A stretch of 64,000 nucleotides of DNA from an uncultured bacterium. GTDB lineage: Bacteria; Bacillota_I; Bacilli_A; RFN20; CAG-826. Location: contig CASDYC010000001.1 of assembly GCA_949285665.1 (NCBI GenBank), forward strand, positions 325,376 to 389,375, in the 5' to 3' direction. This document shows, piece after piece, positions 61,034 to 64,000 of this stretch. Both the position numbers and the translations under genes were made by a program. The notes below the pieces were generated by a model, which had not been told where the DNA came from, ran no database searches, and was given only the letters and a program-made list of their open reading frames with translations. Each line of letters opens with the position of its first letter. Within the stretch, counting starts at the first letter, position 1.

Positions 61034-63020
61034 CAGTGTCTATTTTATCATTTTCTTGAAATTTTTCATCAATAGATTGAGTAAATCGACACTTTGGAAA
61101 ATTAGAACAAGCGATGAATTCACCTTTTTTGCCAGTTCTATAAACTAATTCACCACCACATTTTGGGCATTTTTGTCCAACATATCTTATTTCTTTTTTC
61201 TCTCTTGGTTGGAGTGGTTGAACATATCTACATTCTGGGAAATTAGAACATGCAATAAATTCACCATATCTTGATTTTCTAATAACTAAATCACCACCAC
61301 ATTTTGGGCATTTTTCACCTGTTTTTACAGGTTCTGGTTTTTGAATTAAGAATTTTGGTTCTTTCTTAAATTCTTCTATTTCATTAACAAATTTTGAATA
61401 AAAATCATTTAACATTTCGACTCTTGAAGAAGATCCAGCCTGTATATTATCTAAATCTTTTTCCATTGACGCTGTATATCCAATATTTACTAAATCAGCA
61501 AAATTAGCTTCTAAAAATTTTGAAGTCAACATACCTTGTTCAGTTGGATATAAAATACCTTTTTTAGATGTTACATATCCTCTTGTTAATAAAATTTGGA
61601 TTGTACTTGCATAGGTTGATGGTCTTCCAATACCTTCTTCTTCCATTAATTTAACAACTTTTGCTTCACTATATCTTGGAGAAGGTTTTGTTTGTTCTTC
61701 GTTCATTATTTTACTAGCGATTTGTAATTTTGAGTTTTCATTTAAATCCTTATAGTTTTTGTTTGGTTTTTCATCATCTAAAACAATACTATAACCTTTA
61801 AAAACTACTTCGCTTTTTTCAATTTTAAAATCAACATCATTACTTGATAATGTTATTGTTTTTACATTTTCAACTTTATCGCTCATTAATGAAGCTTGAG
61901 CTCTTTCATAAATTAATTTATAAAGTTGATATTCTTTTCTACTTAAATATTTTTTTAATGATTCTGGAGTTCGATGGTTTCCAGTTGGTCTTATTGCTTC
62001 GTGAGCTTCTTGAGCATTTTGAACATGTTTAGTGGATTTTTCACCACTAAAATATTTTTCGCCATATTTTTCAATAATAAAATTTTTAGCTCTTTCTACA
62101 TAAGATTTAGATAATTTTGTTGAGTCAGTTCTCATATATGTAATTAAGCCAACTAAACCATCATCTGTTTCAACACCTTCGTATAATTTTTGAGCAATTA
62201 ATGAAGTTTCTTTTGTTGAAAATTTAAATTTATTAAATGCTTCTTGTTGTAAAGTGCTTGTTGTAAATGGTTCTTTTGATTTTGTAATTCTTTGTTTTTC
62301 TTGAGTGTTTGAAACGATTAATTCATTGCCTAAATTTGCCAATATTTCATCGGCTAAATTTTTATCAAATATTTTATCAATCTTTTTTCCTTTATAAGAA
62401 TCGACATCCAATTCTAAACCATCTTCTGTCTTAATACTTATTACATAATAGGTTTGAGGAACAAAATCTAATATTTCTTTTTCATGATTACAAATTAATC
62501 TTAATGTGACACTTTGAACTCTCCCAGCTGACTTTGAATTAATCCATCTTCTTGTAATTTTTGATAAATCAAAGCCAATAATTCTATCAATTATTCTTCT
62601 TGTTTCTTGGCTTGATACTAAATTCATATCAATTGTTCGAGGATTTTCAATTGCATAAGAAATAGAATCTCTTGTAATTTCATGAAATTCTAATCTTTTT
62701 GTTGTTTTAATATCAAGGTTTAAAACAGAGGCAAGGTGCCATGCTATTGCTTCCCCTTCACGATCAGGATCGGTTGCAAGAATTACTTCTTCAGCTTTTT
62801 TTGCATCTTTTTTTAATTCTTTAACAACATTTTTCTTATCTTTATTTATTTCATAAATTGGAATAAATCCATTTTCAATATCAACTCCATAGCCATTTTT
62901 ACCTTTTATAGCTAAATCACGAATATGTCCAATTGAGGCAACTACATCATAATCATCGCCTAAATATCTTTTAAGTGTGTGAGTTTTTGTTGGAGATTCT
63001 ACTATTACTAATTTCATCAA
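61020..63020 (-). CDS. topA: DNA topoisomerase I
   Basis: TOPRIM N-terminus, active-site region, and two C-terminal Zn-ribbons (CPKCGG...C..C). Confidence 0.9.
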   Translation of the reverse strand: MMKLVIVESPTKTHTLKRYLGDDYDVVASIGHIRDLAIKGKNGYGVDIENGFIPIYEINKDKKNVVKELKKDAKKAEEVILATDPDREGEAIAWHLASVLNLDIKTTKRLEFHEITRDSISYAIENPRTIDMNLVSSQETRRIIDRIIGFDLSKITRRWINSKSAGRVQSVTLRLICNHEKEILDFVPQTYYVISIKTEDGLELDVDSYKGKKIDKIFDKNLADEILANLGNELIVSNTQEKQRITKSKEPFTTSTLQQEAFNKFKFSTKETSLIAQKLYEGVETDDGLVGLITYMRTDSTKLSKSYVERAKNFIIEKYGEKYFSGEKSTKHVQNAQEAHEAIRPTGNHRTPESLKKYLSRKEYQLYKLIYERAQASLMSDKVENVKTITLSSNDVDFKIEKSEVVFKGYSIVLDDEKPNKNYKDLNENSKLQIASKIMNEEQTKPSPRYSEAKVVKLMEEEGIGRPSTYASTIQILLTRGYVTSKKGILYPTEQGMLTSKFLEANFADLVNIGYTASMEKDLDNIQAGSSSRVEMLNDFYSKFVNEIEEFKKEPKFLIQKPEPVKTGEKCPKCGGDLVIRKSRYGEFIACSNFPECRYVQPLQPREKKEIRYVGQKCPKCGGELVYRTGKKGEFIACSNFPKCRFTQSIDEKFQENDKIDTDDKN

Positions 63021-63116
63021 AAAAGTCCTTTTCTTTAATTCGTTATAATTTTAAGGGAAAAAAAGAAAATTACAATACAGTAAAATTCGATTTTTTATAA
63101 ATAAAAAATCATTTTT

Positions 63117-63941
63117 TTAGTTTTTATAATAATACAAAATATCATCTACATTTCTTATTAAATCAGCCCCATCTTTTATTAAATCATTACATAAAGAACA
63201 AGAATTAATATTACTTGGAACACACAAAACATCTCTTGAATTTTCTAAAGCATACCTAACAGTCATTGATGTTCCACTTGATTGTTCTCCTTCAATTACA
63301 AGTAAACATTTAGAAAATACTGCAATTAAACGATTTCTAAAAGCAAAATTATCATGGCTTACTTGTGTATCATTTGGATATTCAGATATAATTAATCCTT
63401 TATTTTTTATATCCTCATATAAATTATAATTTTCTTTTGGATAACAATTATCAATTCCTGATGCTAAAACAGCAATTGTTTTAATTCCATTTTTTAAACT
63501 TGCTTTGTGAGCAATTGAATCAATTCCATGAGCAAATCCAGAAATAATATTTATATTTTTTCCAGATAAATCATTTATTAATTCATTACAAACTTGTCTT
63601 CCGTATAAAGTATTATCTCTTTTGCCAACAACCGATAAATTTAAATTGTTATCCTTAATTAAATTTAAATCCCCATAATAAAATAAAGCAAATGGTGGTT
63701 TTATCATCTGTTTTAAAAAATTTGGATAATCAGGATCTAGTAGAGTTACATATTTTGATTTAATAGATTTTTTCATCTCTTCAAAATCATAATTCTCTGG
63801 TATTTTTTCTCTACTTTTTATCGCATCAAAAATTTCTTTCCATGAACCTTTATATTTTAATGTAAAATAAAGTACAACTTCTTGTGCAGTCATTTTTCTC
63901 CTCCTAATAAATAAGTCGAGGTAAAAATAACTTTTTTCCAA
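63117..63941 (-). CDS. dprA: DNA processing protein DprA (Smf)
   Basis: Rossmann-like DprA core (ISGFAHGIDSIAH...FAFRNRLIA...EGEQSSGTSMT). Confidence 0.8.
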   Translation of the reverse strand: MEKSYFYLDLFIRRRKMTAQEVVLYFTLKYKGSWKEIFDAIKSREKIPENYDFEEMKKSIKSKYVTLLDPDYPNFLKQMIKPPFALFYYGDLNLIKDNNLNLSVVGKRDNTLYGRQVCNELINDLSGKNINIISGFAHGIDSIAHKASLKNGIKTIAVLASGIDNCYPKENYNLYEDIKNKGLIISEYPNDTQVSHDNFAFRNRLIAVFSKCLLVIEGEQSSGTSMTVRYALENSRDVLCVPSNINSCSLCNDLIKDGADLIRNVDDILYYYKN

Positions 63942-64000
63942 AATTTTTACATATTTTTTATTGGAGTATAAGTTTTTCGATGAATATTTTTAATATAACC

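Overview
This is a low-GC (about 22–28% by eye), very gene-dense chromosomal window from a Firmicutes/Mollicutes-like bacterium with a streamlined genome. The standard genetic code is in use, because TGA terminates several intact genes (stp, addB, the 520-aa surface protein), so this is not a code-4 Mycoplasma or Spiroplasma. Candidates are an Acholeplasma- or Anaeroplasma-like Mollicute or a member of the Erysipelotrichia. Lipoprotein signal peptides (LxxC lipoboxes) recur, including one on the ATP synthase b subunit, and the lineage is PolC/DnaE-type with AddAB.

Most of the window is conserved housekeeping genes arranged in Bacillus-like order but with characteristic deletions:
- rqcH-like, gmk, priA, [def and fmt absent], a degenerate rsmB-like gene, rlmN, stp, prkC.
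- The complete atpIBEFHAGDC operon, with an ATP-grasp gene fused translationally to its end.
- dprA, topA, trmFO, xerC, [hslVU and codY absent], rpsB, tsf, pyrH, frr, uppS, cdsA, dxr, rseP, [proS absent], polC, then tRNA-Arg.

The accessory content lies between tRNA-Ala (29246) and tRNA-Arg (45814). It has two parts:
- Three large unknown proteins (one cytoplasmic, one membrane-anchored, one Big_2 surface lipoprotein) with a small hydrophobic peptide.
- A GC-elevated carbohydrate island of about 11 kb: a leaderless LacI regulator with a cre-like operator, a xylose-isomerase-like TIM-barrel enzyme, a Gfo/Idh/MocA oxidoreductase, a CUT2 ABC transporter, xylA and xylB. The permease carries an unusual coiled-coil tail of about 330 aa.

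The oxidoreductase plus TIM-barrel pair fused to a xylAB operon is the best candidate for an undescribed catabolic pathway. A second candidate is a two-gene module of unknown function translationally coupled to the end of the addBA operon.
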